A DNA stretch of 64,000 bases, taken from Blasia pusilla. Lineage: Eukaryota. The translations under genes were made by a program, and so were the position numbers. The notes under the pieces were generated by a model, which worked only from the letters and a program-made list of their open reading frames with translations, was not told where the DNA came from and did no database searches. The stretch spans positions 46,438,001 through 46,502,000 of the forward strand of contig CM114271.1 of the NCBI GenBank assembly GCA_050084515.1, written 5' to 3'. This document shows, one piece after another, positions 39,801-52,453 of this stretch. How positions within the stretch are numbered: position 1 is the stretch's first letter; every line of letters begins with the position of its first letter.

Positions 39801-42800
39801 TATGTTTCTATGTCGTCTTGCAAGAGACAGTGACTGACTTTCTGAAGTTTTTCTATCTGCACAGTTTTTCTTACGAAGTTCGGATCGGAATAGATAGTAC
39901 TAGAAGCTAAATGAGCAAATCAATACATACGGGGATTTTAGTGATTATTAAATTTTCCAGGCTGATTTTGATGAATGTGGGCTTAGACGATGAGTGAGAG
40001 CATAATGCCATTAAGTTCATGCTTGTCTGTATTTGTGTTGACTGTTGTAAAATTTTACTAAGAAAAGGTTTGTTCGCTATAGACATAAGTAATTGTCGAC
40101 ATGTTCATGTATTCTTTTATTTAACATTCCGAAATCTGAACCCACAGGAGTCAGTTTTTATGTCGGATGAGTAGTGTGTACGCGCTTGTTTTAGATTTCC
40201 TTGATATTCTCTTTCCAGATTACTCCCGCTAAATGTAAGGCTTTTTTAAACCTCCTACTTCTGGACTGCTAGAGATTAGAGCAGAGTATCAAAATCAGGA
40301 GTTAAAAGGAATATGCTGATGTGGGTCTCCAGGACTTGCTATTGGAGACTCATTCTCATCTTGCGCAACAACTGGAGACTGAAGGTGATTGTCACAAACC
40401 CTATATTATCTGAAATGTTTTCCATTATGGCCGAGATGCTTTAACTCAATGGATAGTATAACGCCAAGTTAAAATCTCTTAACAAGAGGTGAGACGAAAC
40501 CCTTTTACACAGCTTTTGATTCCAAAACTACGACGGGTGTAATGTGTTGTTGTTGACAGGGGCGTTCAGAGAAGCAGAACAACACTACATTGGGGCACAA
40601 GACTGGAAGAGCAGCGTGAAGGTATTGATCGGAATTGAAAGTCTGCTGGGAAAATCAATTTCTAAGGTTCTAAAACAGAGAGCTGGAACTAGGTTTGTGG
40701 AAGTTGGAGCACCATTGGAGCAAGACACGAATGAGTCATAGAGTTATAATGCATAGTGCAAGTTAGGAGTACATAATGTTGCTGCCAGAAATATATGAAT
40801 CCCAAGAGTGCGAGTGCTTGTTGAGGCAAAGCATAATCGAAATGATACAGGCACTCTTCGGTGTAACAGCAACCTTAATATTCACTTAGACTCAACTTTC
40901 TAAACTTCAGAGGCCAAGCTTATACTAATTGACAACTATTAGTGGTGCTCTAAGGTGCTAGAAGTTACTGGGTCACTACCGGTTGTTAATTGTCATAGGC
41001 AGAAGGCAAACGAAGATCTCTGTAAGCCATTTGGTTGGCCTTAACCTTGGCAGATGTACAGCGCAAATAGCATGTGGGAGGATGCCATGCGCGTGGCAAA
41101 ACTTCATGGCGGAGTCACCGGCCCCAAGCATGTAAGGAATTCTTCGTCTTTGAATGTACTCTCCGTGTGGATGTTTGAATCTATGGTTTACCTTGGCAGC
41201 TTTGGAGAAAATAAGCAGTTTTCTGCAACAGGTCGCCTATGCATGGGCTGTTTCACTTGGAAGCGAAGCAGGAGCACAATTACTGATGAGACTAGGGCTG
41301 GTTGAACAAGCAATAGAATATGCCACGGATGCAGGTGCATTTGAAAATGCATTTGACCTTTGCCGAACATCTCTTAAGCACAAGCTTCCCGAGGTTTGTA
41401 CTGCAGTTCCAAGGTCCCAAACGACTATGCCCATACTAAGTTGTTGGAGCTAGAGATTAGCTGCTTCCGTGAGCTGTTCGATTTTAATTGTGCTTTGATT
41501 TTGGTCTATGTGAGCTTATTTCCATGACTCCTTTTCAACATCTTCAGTTTTTTCAATCAAAAGATCAACGTTGCTGGAAACTTAATCCAGCTGATTCGGG
41601 AAAGATATACAAGCAGAGTTACCATGTAGTAGAATATAGCTATAATTCATGCAGATTAGTACCATTTACAAACCATCAACTTCAGTCTGTCTACTCAGTA
41701 TGAATTTTTATATTCTAAATTTGGAGGGTCGTATACCCACGGCTGTTGGCAGGAGGACTTCTTCGTACATTCAGATACTTTGTATGTGTGAACTGCTTCC
41801 AAATAGGCTGTTGTGATTCCCTTTCATACGTCCGTTCCTCAACATTGACTAAGACACTGGCGAAGTGGCGGTTTAGCTCTGGTTCAGCTTGTCCCTCTAT
41901 GAGCTCAACTGGACATAAGTTTATTTAAAGCAGAGAGTATAAATGGGCAGGGAAAATCCCCTCGGGTTCTGATTTGTACTTTGGGAGTGTTCAATCTGTT
42001 GGGTTCACTCTACTTCCTTCAGCAGTTTGGCCATTGTCTGGGTTCTCACACGATCTGATAGGCAAACCTCAATCAGGTGCAATTGAAGTATGCAATGTTT
42101 CTTGAAGACGAAGGGCGATTCAGAGAAGCCGAAGACGCATTTATCAAAGTTGGAAAGCCACGCGAGGCAATCGACATGTACATTCATCAGCAGGACTGGG
42201 CATCAGCCACTCGGGTTGCAGATTTGTGTGATCCGGCTGCAATGTCTGATGTGCAGGTTTTAAATCATCACACCTATTAACTGACCCTTTTGAAGTGATT
42301 TGGTTGTTTGCTCTTATCTCGACAAGCTCATCATGGAAATGTTGCAAAGACAGTACTGATCACCCAGGTGGAGATCTCACATACTGCTTCCACCAGCAGT
42401 TCGTATCTGTCCATGAATTCTCCAAATCAGGAGTAACCAAACTTAAATTTCATGATCTGGAAACTAGATCGCTCAAGGACAGGAATGTTTTATGAAGAAG
42501 GAATTTGCGAAAGCAGAGGCACTACTGGTGAAGGTAAAATTCAGTTTTGACACCTTTCTTGTTAAACTCTGGATTGCTCCGATGAATAATTCGCAACAGT
42601 TCAGTGAACTTGGCATAGTGTATTATTTCTCAAGAATTGGATGATGAGTGAAAACTATCGACGTCATCTCCACAACTATGGATTCAATAGGAAGTGCATA
42701 GGGCTCCCCCATGATTCTTTCCAGTTATTTCGCTTGTTGAGTGCACGAAAAATCAGATTTATAGCAGAAAGATTTGGTTTTTGAAATGGGAATCTCTCAA

Positions 42801-45800
42801 TTTTAACAGGCAAAAAGAGCGGACCTTGCTGTGGAAATGTACAAGGAGCAGCTGCTGTGGGAAGATGCGATTCGTGTTGCAGAAAAATATGTACCATCAA
42901 AAGTGTCTCAAGTTCACTCGGAACTAGCAATTTTCATGCAGAGGTGATATAGAATTTGGGTTGGTCTACCAGTCCACTCCTTTTATGGTTAGTTTCAATG
43001 TTAAGGTAATTATTTGCCCACTACCAGAGTACCGAAGCCAATTCTCCACTGCAGTCACAATGGAGGTGCTGAGACGGCTGACAGTATTTTGGCTCGGGCA
43101 AAAGCACTGGAGCACAGCCAGAACTACGTCGGAGCTATCGATGTGTATCTTCAACTTGACGTGAACCTAATGCCCGACATCAAAAAGCTCCAGCAGGTTT
43201 CTCTCGTTCTCATTTGCCAGGTCGTGAGTTGAGTCCTTGGCGCTACGAGTCTCCTGTGGGCAAGAATTTCCTCACCTTGGCTGTGAAAATCAAACACAAT
43301 TGGACAATCCGCAATGTAACATGATCGACCTAGAGAACTCAGTAATAAACCGGATTGAGTTCGACGAAATTGCCCACGGAAGAAAATGTACTTTGTGCTC
43401 CTTCCTATATTTTCGAGACAGTAACAGATGATTGGATCCTCCAGGTGTGGCAAGTGGCTATACAACTGTGCAAGGACTTCGTACCAACTCGGGCTACGGA
43501 AGTCGTTGGGATAGTGGCCAACAGGCTGAAAAGTGCTCGAAATTTTGATGATGCCGGACGTCTATATGAAAACATCGGCGCAATAAGAGAGGTAAGTTTT
43601 TATCACATCCATTTTTTTTCCAACAGGAGAGTGAGCTCTTGGACCGCCGGAAATTTCTTGGAATGCGATTCAATGATGAAAATGTCTCAGAATCCTACTG
43701 AGTAGTCACTGCGTATAAGCTGTGTGGGAACATGTGGTAAATTTTCTACGTCTGCTCGATTGAGCAACCAGTTTCCAATAGAAGTTGAAGACAAGCTCTA
43801 CTTCTATTTCAGATTTACTCTTCCTGGTTTTCTGGTTTACTTTTCCTTGTATATGGCTCAGTGTAGGATCCAGTCAGGCTCTGCTTTCTTTCTGTGCTCT
43901 TAAAGTTTTAAAACTCAGATGTGGGAGGCGTAGAATTCTGATTTCAACACAATTCCAGAAGGTGAACGCAATCATTATACCATCAGGCTCCATATTATCT
44001 TATCACCACTAGCCTCAAAGCACTTCTACAATAGACCTCACCACCAATGGACCTGCACACCGGTATTGCCCTCAATCTCCTCACATTGATCACTCTGCAT
44101 TCCAGTAAGGCCTGCGTGCAGCATCAAATTTACGGGAGCTGTTGAATAAAGTTAGAATTCAAGAGCAAGTCTGTAAGGGAATGACATCACGTAAAACAGA
44201 ATGGCAGTTTAGATCCTCAGTTTGACTAGGCTTGAGCCTCCTAGCGAATTCTTCCTCCCTATTTTTCCTTACCTTTCCTTGTCTATAATTTCTTGGAATT
44301 GACACCAACGTAAACACTATAGTCCTCGTTCAGTAAAATTTGTCTCTTCACAAACGGGCAGCTCTTCTGGAACCAGAACCCCTCGTCCTGTGATTTCCAC
44401 TATCAACGTACCAAATTGTCTCAACTGCTAGATAGCATCCCTCCAAGGTTTCAGATCCTGTGCAATACTCCGGTGATCATGTTCCGATCGGGGCATGCAC
44501 TGATTCATCGTTGAAATTTATGCGGCAGTCACTACTGATCACTGCCGACTAAGTTTCAAGCGATCCCGAGAAAACTCCATGTACGGAATCTGCAGAGAAG
44601 GAATGGCCTCTGGCGCATGAGAAAACTTGGTGGAGAGAATGCTGATTGATGGTATTGTTTGAAGATAGCCCGAAGATCTACATGTCGGAGATATGAGAGG
44701 AGCGTGTTTCCATGTCTGGAGGTTAATAGGATTGTTGGATGTGCAGGCTGCAGAGATGTACATTCTCGCTGGATCATGGGACAAAGCAAGAAAGGTTGCC
44801 ATTCCGGCTAGCCCAAACGTGCAGCAGGTCACACCTCCTCATCTGATGCCAATTACTTTTGGCGAGACCAAAAATCATAGTTCCTTTTTTGGGGAGTGTC
44901 CTTGAGCCCTGAGACTGACACAAGATTCTTCAAGACTAGGCGCTATACTTCTACCTAATACTGTTTTCGTTCCTCTACACATTGAATAGAAGAAGAAGAT
45001 CTATTTGATTGAGCGAAGCTGGACTTTGTGTGAGAGTCTTTCACAATTATGTATCGATGCTACATTTTCCTGCATCTATTCAGATCCAAATGACCCTCAA
45101 ACAATAGATCCAGGACTGCTCTGTGGTGCTAAGAGAATCAGCAATGCGTAGGTATAATCATCTCCTTCTACATGTGGTGAGCAGTATGTAGAAGATATGT
45201 ACAAGGATCACCTGATGGAGAAAGGGGAAGCAGACCAGCTTATCAAAAGTGGGAACATTTTAGAGGCATTGGAGCTTTATGAACAACAAGAACAATGGGG
45301 ACAGGTTTTGGAGCCTTACCAATGCTAAGTCACGTTTGATGGAGATGTAAAAAACCTGCTTGTTCCTTTTCACAGATGGTTCGCAAGCTTCTGGGTGCCC
45401 TCTGATTACAATCTCCCGATTCTAAGAAACCAATATGGCTGAATATTTTTCTCATACTGGCAGGTTCATGAATTTGCAGCCCTTCTGGGCACCAACACAG
45501 CGAAAGAGTTTTCACTTCGTCATGCCATACACTCCCTGAAGGCAGATAAGGTCATTCGCTGAATACATCTAGCTCCCCGATTCTTGTTTGGCATACTCCT
45601 GCTCTCCTGCCAGAACTTTAGGGATAGGAGTTCTGACTGCTGAGGTTACAATCTGGCAGTGCTCGGAAGCCCTCTCTATTCTTGCACAGTACGGGGTACC
45701 AGATAGCGAACCTGCTTATGAGCTCTGCAAATTGGCCGCAAGCAAGTTATTTGCCAGTGACGAGAGCATGTTCTCTTTAGAGAAATCTGTGCAGGCAAGC

Positions 45801-48800
45801 TCTTACTTTGTTCGTAATGGAAAGGCGAATAGACATTCACATTCAGCATTATACACTATCATCCACATTATCTTCAAGTTGATCTGATTCAAGCACATGA
45901 TGAAACATATGTCAAAGTAATTGCAATATGCTTGAATATGCAGAACCTTCGCAGTATTCTGTATGAAATTGCGAATATTCGCCCACCCATGAAGGATTCA
46001 GATCTCGCTCCAGGTATGGATGGTCATGTTCTTGAAGATGGGTGCTTGGAGGTTCAAAGAAGCCTCAAGGTTAAGCCAGTTCTGCTCTTAGATGCTTCTA
46101 ATGAGAACTTCTCTCTGGACATGCTTAGTTGTTTCTCAACCGAGCCACATTTTTGGGCTTGATAACGAGCATGGTGCAAGAGCTGAGCACATTTGTGGCC
46201 CTTTTACTCAACAACGGAGAGAGCTAGAAAAGCACCATAGTCTTAACACTCAATAATAGTATTGCACTTCCTTGATATTTTCTCAAAGAGCTTAGAAAAT
46301 CTGAGTGAGGCCTTGTGATGAATACTAAGTATCCAGCTTAATTCGATGGCAGATTATAAGTGAGAGAATTTAGATGCCACTATCCTTTAATAAAAAAGTT
46401 CCCTTCTGCTGACAGTCCTGTTGGAGCTCCACAAGCTTCTCAAGGTCGTGCATTACATCTCGCTTGGCTATACGTGCAAGACACATGTAAGTTCAAGCTC
46501 CGGAAATCCTCAGCTCGGTTCAGACTTGACATCCTATCTATAGGAGCACTAGTAGATAAATCTGAGGTGCTTTATCAAGCTTCAGTGTAGGGTCCTAGAG
46601 GTCAGGGCTACTAAGTTAGGATTAGAAAAGGATCCTCGGAGAAGTTGCATGGGTTTCAAATCAGGATTAGAGGCTTTACCCCTCGGCAAGTTTAAGGGGC
46701 TACATGGGTTGGCTTTCATATTCAGACCTCTTGGGTGGTTTTGGTATGAAGTCTGAAGCGAGAGTGATGCGCTCACTGCGTCCATGTATGTCTCACGTTT
46801 GTGTGAGACCGATTGCAGACAGGGAAGAGCTGCAAAGCACTTGTGTGTAGTGTTTCCACTGTGTGCGGGTGTGGAAGTACAGTTAGTTGATTGAGAACTG
46901 CAATTGCTTACTATTCAGCTTGCTAACGGACTGCAATGAATATGTAGCGCCTGTTGCAGCCAGGGACCAGAGACTCAATGACCTGGTTGAATTGTGCTAA
47001 GGAATTGAGCTGGGCACGATTCAACTAGGTCTTTAAAAACATAGAAAGACGGCAAATCCCAACAGGATCTTCCATTGAACCATGTACATGAGGGTAATCA
47101 TTTACAAACCTGAAAGAGTAAATCTGAAATGGATTGCATGAAGAGCTCGTTTGCAACTTCTATTCAGAATTGGGTGCTTGGCATAACAACACCTTAGAAT
47201 ATACAAGACCTGGAGAGAGGAGGTTGAACCCAAGAGGCACGAGTATGTGACAGATTGGTTCTTGGAGCATCCTCCACACCAATGCACACCTCCTTCTTAG
47301 TTGATGAAGACACCAGCAGACGCCAACAGGTTCAGGTCTGTATGACCTAATCTTAAGGCACACTGCCTTAGAGGGCAGGAGTAGAAGTGAATCAAAGAAA
47401 TATAAAAGACCGTTATATAGTTTGAATAGTTGAGGAGGATCAACAATCACACAACTTCCTTCCCGTCAACTTGTGTTGTTTGAGGGGACTAAGTGGATCA
47501 GCCCCTCATAGGCTCTGCAAGGTCCGGGTGTAACTTTGGACTTGATATGACATTTGGAAAAGCACTTGGTCTCCAATTTTGAGTTGAACTCCTTCACATT
47601 AGGAAGTTTTGTTTAGGGCCTTGGATAACAGGGCTAAATACTTGGGGCTAGGGGAGGTAGGTATTGCAAGGTTGGGATCAAGGATGGAATTCAAAGTTGC
47701 ACGTGGATAAAGGGTGTGTTCGTGGTCATGTCTGTGGATTTATGTCCGTCTTATGAAAGGACTTGTCCATGTGAATCCCACCTTCTCCTTCTTTCTCATC
47801 CCCCCTACTTGTCTCCATGTTCCGCACTTTCTCGTTTCTTCCTTCTTCCACTTGCATTCGCATCTCCCTTGTTGCCACGCCCGCCTACCCGCCCGTGCCT
47901 TGTCTTCCCCCATGAGTTATAAAGTGTTGGCCCCAGCTCTTGCAATCCATGTCCGTGGACATGTTCATATTTTTCTAAACATGTCCGCTCTAGGGACGGA
48001 CTTGTCTATTTTTGTGCAATCATGACGGAATCTAAGGCTAGTAGCAAGGCTTCCAAACTAGAACTCGGAGTAGCTTCATCCTTGCCTACTTGGTTCTGTG
48101 TGACTGAGACTGATTGCAATGAGTGAGGGATCATAAGAGCTGCAAAGCGTTGCTTGTGTGGAATGTGTCTGTTTTTTGTGGGAATGGAAGTGTAGGTGAT
48201 TAATCTTGCTTCTTCTCACTCTGTCCTCATTACGTAGCAACTACCGAGAGGGAAGAGAACTAATTTCCGGCGCGAGTTGGCACTCTGTGCATTGTCCTTA
48301 ATCAAGTTGTGAAACTCACACATAGTTTTTATGCGTTGTTCAACACTAAGAATCTTACTTTAAATTTTCCGCTCTTTCCTGCATAAGATTATAATTAGCA
48401 CTCTAGTGATGATGTCATATGTTCATCGTTCTGGGCATCAAGCCTCTGATGGACAGAAACAGATTTCTAAAAGAAGTCTGTAGTTTGAACTGTTGTGATA
48501 TGCAGGGACTAAAGGAGATCAAAGCAAAGCTAAGAATATCTGTACTCCGATATGTAGGCTTAATTCCTGCAGACAAGGCCTTCTATGAAGCTGGCATGGC
48601 CTGCAAACAGGTATCAATTTTAGCATTTGGCTGACATTGCCATCGGTGGAGTTATACCTCTCTTTCAATCCTTGTGCACACCCTAAAATTTGCTCTGCTG
48701 GTCGAATGCCTCTGGAATACTTGAAAAATTGTCCACCAGTGTGTGCTGATCTGTGGGATTCACGTTTCAGCCATGGACTGGCCCTATAAAGTACCAAACC

Positions 48801-51449
48801 ACCAAAACCAAACTCTATTCATAATGGCTTACAAAAGTGATCGATCATCTAGATCTTTCTCCCCTGCCTTGGAAATCTATGGTTCGAATTGTTAATTATT
48901 TCCTATCCAAGTATGCACATCACCTCCACATGAGGAGTGGGATTCCTATCTAGACTGATTTGATTTATGTCAGACAGCCTGTTTCATTTATTGCTCTGCA
49001 GCAAGTTCGTGCCCCTTCAACAGGCATGCTGATGCCCAAAGGCCACTTTAGATAGTTCAAGTTCTTTGGGCTTAGGAGGCATTTTATGGTTGGTTATTTC
49101 CGATCTCACACACTACTTCTCCTCTCCCACACTTAGCCACTTCTTGTTGTGTTGAGGATGTTGCTCGAAGGCCTGAGTTCTCCTTCTTGTTTTTGTGAGA
49201 GGCTTCTCCAATTCCCCATTTATTTATGCATGCTTATTCACTTACAAAAAAAAAGGGTAATGTAGGCTGGCTGGCAGGACATGGCATTCATGTTTTTGAA
49301 TCGGTACTTGGACATCACAGAGGCCATGGAAGATTCACCAGATTGTGCAATAATTGACAACATAGGATTTGAAAGTAGTGACATACCCCAAGACTTTCCC
49401 ATCCCAGAGAAACATTTTCTTGAAGGTAGTTCTCTTCGGCCATGTCTCTTTCTGCTGGCAGGATGTTGATTCCAGAATTATAAAGTGCCCATGAATGCAA
49501 GAGATCGTAGTTTTTATCTTCTCCTGTAACCTTCAATTGAGGTGAACTGTCTAGATTTTTTATGGCTGGTCTCCTTGTGAGGGTTTTTATAATTCTTGAT
49601 GGACCTTGCCAGCAATAAGTCAGAATGGCTAGTTACACTAATCTTGGATGAAACGAATCCTACGAGACTTAAGTCGATATTAAATCCTGTTAAATGCGTC
49701 CTGATAACCGTGTGTTCTTGTGACTATTGAAGAGTCCATCAGAGAGAAGATAAGTCTGGGTAATTAATTAGGCAGAAAGTCAATGTTCAATCGTGTTCAT
49801 GTGTCCTAACAATCGTGTGTTGTCGTGATTATTGAAGAGTATAAAAGAGAGCAGATAAGAGACTGGGTAATTCAACTAAGCATGGATCAACAGGTTGGTC
49901 ACTTTACTCTCCATACACCGTCACCTAAAAAGACTATGGAAAAAAATGGATATCACCACTTTCTGTCTTGTTCTTCACACTCACATCAATGTGGATAGTC
50001 TCTTGGCCTCTGGAAATACTACAAACATCATTCTTTCAACCAAACCACACCCAGTGCACGTAGTCAACAACTCCAGACGACCATCGCTCCTGTCATAGAC
50101 CTCCATATGGTCTCATATTCATGTGCGTTCGAGACAAAACTAGCATGAATATGTTCTACTAACCTCGTCGGTAACCAGGATCAACAATGACTCTTGGGGA
50201 AAATTGTCATATGAAACTCTGGCAGTCTAGCAAATTTCCGCACGGTAGACTTAGAGAAAGTCGACAAATTTCGACCCGTACTTGAGAGAAAGAAGGCATG
50301 AAATGATTAGTTAGTTGCTCACGTCTTAAGAATGATAGTTGTCGTGTACTTGTTCCATCTTTTGTAGAGACGAAAAAGCTATTAGAACCTGTGGCCTTCT
50401 TTACATCAAGTGCTGGTTTACGAGGACAAGAGATTAGGATTAAATTTGAAGTTTGGAAGAAAGATTCTTCAGTTGGAATCGGAAAAGTGAATAACAAATT
50501 TCGGTTAGAGGTCTTCTTGAGCGAGGCTTCCAACGAGAAAGAGAAAACAAGGAAAAGGCATGGAATCTTTCAGAGGGAAGCATTTATGGAAAGAACATGT
50601 GGACGTCCCCAAAAACATCATTTGCTTTTCATGGGGGTTAGGGATTGAATAGCCTAAAAGAGGAAGATATCAGATCGTATGCATCATAAATCCCACTGCG
50701 TTAACACTGACGTAGCTTCACTCTTCTTGTCCTTCAGGTGAAGCAAGCTCTGCCCACGCGAAAATGCGAAAATTGCAATGTCGACGTGTATGTGGCGGGT
50801 CTTTCGTGCTCCTCCTGCCAGGTGCTGTATTTATTTTATACTAGAGCGGCTCTAGCGGTTACGTGACTGATTACCATTCTCACCTACACAAGTGCCCGTG
50901 CTGTGACCGGTAAATTGAACCTTTTGTGGCACACTCATATAACATGTGGCTTTTCACCTATACTTCGGTGGCGTTATCATATTACGAAGGTGTTAGAAGT
51001 ACAAGTAACATGCTCTTATAGTCAAGTAGATTAGTTCATGGCGGGGTTGTCTTTTCCCACAAGTCAGAGAAGATCGTGTATCGTCATAGGAAAGTTATAT
51101 TTTGAAGGAGGGGATCCGTTTTCTGTCTTGGAAACTCATCGCACATGTACGGTTAGAAAACATTGTTACTTCTTCCTGTTTTCAAAGGCATCTTGCGCAC
51201 GACCTTGTATGCTGGTGGATTGGTGCACAGGTGGAGAGCTTAGAGTGCTGCGTGACTGGGTTTCCAGTTTTGAAGGAAGACCTACTCCGATGCAAGTCTT
51301 GTGGCATGCCTGCGAACAGGAATGATTGGTACGAGTTAATGAGCAAGTGCCACAACTGCCCGTGGTGCTCAACTCCACAAACGTCAGACATTCCCTCCTC
51401 GAAGGTGCATGACCAGTCCAATGTCTACCCCAGGCACTACAGGATATGA
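21343..51449 (+). CDS. IFT172: Intraflagellar transport protein 172 (WD40 + TPR/alpha-solenoid + Cys-rich C-terminus), 49 coding exons, about 1775 aa
   Basis: Manually spliced exons keep one open frame (sum 5328 nt): 21343-21425, 22250-22349, 22537-22637, 23122-23248, 23556-23686, 24341-24396, 25002-25063, 25433-25492, 25712-25797, 26234-26329, 26439-26547, 27039-27131, 27411-27476, 27630-27898, 28110-28236, 30160-30231, 30558-30626, 30862-30930, 31110-31238, 31465-31560, 31740-31841, 32394-32464, 36664-36760, 37005-37133, 37341-37397, 37957-38121, 38466-38585, 39143-39292, 39602-39799, 40333-40384, 40560-40621, 41054-41131, 41232-41393, 42077-42256, 42468-42533, 42810-42943, 43055-43196, 43445-43591, 44747-44827, 45185-45304, 45464-45550, 45660-45794, 45944-46069, 46445-46486, 48506-48610, 49266-49425, 49838-49893, 50738-50821, 51231-51449. 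Diagnostic peptides: [85 protein letters not shown]. Confidence 0.96.
26772..26853. repeat. Minisatellite of about 24-25 bp, about 3.5 copies, in IFT172 intron 11
   Basis: TCCACAATTCCATACAATGATTAA / TCCACAACTTCGTACATTGAGTGA / CCCACAATTTCATACATTGATAAA / TTCACAATTG. Confidence 0.75.
28589..28669 (+). tRNA. tRNA-Leu-CAG: tRNA-Leu(CAG), within IFT172 intron 15
   Basis: Full cloverleaf: acceptor stem GTCAATA/TGTTGAC, D arm GCCGAGTTGGTCTAAGGC, anticodon stem CCAGT/ACTGG with loop TT-CAG-GT, long variable arm, T arm GTGGG-TTCGAAT-CCCAC, discriminator A. Upstream TATA-like AT tract and TTTT at about 28701. Confidence 0.96.
28856..29056. repeat. Near-perfect 96-bp tandem duplication
   Basis: AGGACGAGTGGATAGTCTAGAACTTG...CAATTAATTTCGC starts at 28856 and again at 28952. 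Confidence 0.9.
29066..29221 (+). mobile_element. Short non-autonomous Helitron
   Basis: 5' TCTACACTACTAC, subterminal hairpin GGACCGTGC-ATC-GCATGGTCC, 3' CTAG, inserted between host A (29065) and T (29222) with no TSD. Confidence 0.6.
33854..35277 (+). mobile_element. Relatively young 5'-truncated LINE (RTEX-like RT C-terminal half plus CCHC zinc finger) in a (CT)n tract
   Basis: ORF 33771-34718: [40 protein letters not shown]. Frameshifted continuation KFKFRTG...[18 protein letters not shown]. (CT)n on both sides. Terminal ~70-90 bp duplicated (35118-35206, 35207-35277). Confidence 0.85.
35568..36323 (-). mobile_element. Solo LTR B, same family as LTR A, inserted in inverted orientation inside A
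   Basis: Termini TGTTGAAATC ... GAAATCCTAACA; perfect 5-bp TSD TGTAA at 35563-35567 and 36324-36328. Confidence 0.88.
43800..43949 (+). repeat. 3' fragment of the same LTR family in IFT172 intron 38
   Basis: Ends GTAGAATTCTGATTTCAACA, identical to the LTR A end at 36423-36442. Upstream TGGCTCAGTGTAGGATCC and GTTTTAAAACTCAGAT blocks also match. Confidence 0.75.
47030..47425 (-). repeat. Truncated copy of the same LTR family in IFT172 intron 44
   Basis: CAGGATCTTCCATTGAACCATGTACATGAGGGTAATCATTTACAAACCTGAAA...GGAGTAGAAGTGAATCAAAGAA matches 35640-35975. Confidence 0.85.
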
Positions 51450-52453
51450 GTGACACCCCCTTCGGTATTCCGAGTACTCATCAAACATTCACAGGTGCAT
51501 TAAGATCTAAAATCAAGAACGCCCACACTACAGAATGTGGAACTCGGTCCTCTACTTGAGGGAGGTCACCAGGCAGACATCACCAATGGAGGGGCTGTGA
51601 CATCAAGAATTCGGGTTATCCTCCTGATCTAACAGGGGAATTCATGTGATCCTAAGAGATTAAGAGTATATTACTATACACTTTGTTCATTTCAAGGAAC
51701 ACCTTACAGCTCACTCACTTGCAAAGAGTTTTAATATACTGCCACGATATGACCGGTACAAGTTCACGGTTTTGCACAGAAAGGAGACCAAAGAAGAAAA
51801 CCAGGCTCCCAGTCACACACCTCCTTTCAGAGGCGTGTACGCAGTATGAATGAATCTGTGTCACCAATAGTACTTGGTACCCCCCATGACATCCAGCACA
51901 TCCCTCTAAGACTTCGCTTCCAATATCGGCAGACCCAACTTTGGGAATTTCTCTTATTTCAACCACAGAAAACTGACATGGCCACAGGCACAGAAAATAG
52001 CAACACAGGTTCTATTCTTGCTACAGCTCTCGTACGCCAATGCTCTCAAATTTATCTAGGAGTTTTCAAAGCGATAACCCCAGCCTATGGTGTGACTGCT
52101 GTGTTATCAACGACATGGTACATACTGTAACCGATTATCCTCAAACACATCGCACATTAGAAATCCAAAGTCAAGAACATGGATTGATCCTCACGTGATT
52201 CCTGAGCCCACAATATCAGTCTAACCAGGAAATGATCTGGTCTTTGAAAGGAAATTTGCTTCCAAAATGTCTCCTAGTTACAACTCAAACTATATTACAC
52301 ATGCTCCCTCTTTTGCTTGATGTCAAAACTTTACGCAATGTTTGGCTTAGAAGCTATAGACTCAAAAAGCTACAGCAAATCCCGCAGCCAACCACTGTCA
52401 TTTGCAGCCGCTCTGGTTTACTAAATATCCCGTGCAGCATTCAGCTTTTCCAC

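Noticed and set aside
47710..48035. Possible PIF/Harbinger MITE starting GGGTGTGTTCG
   Set aside because: No matching terminal inverted repeat or TSD found.
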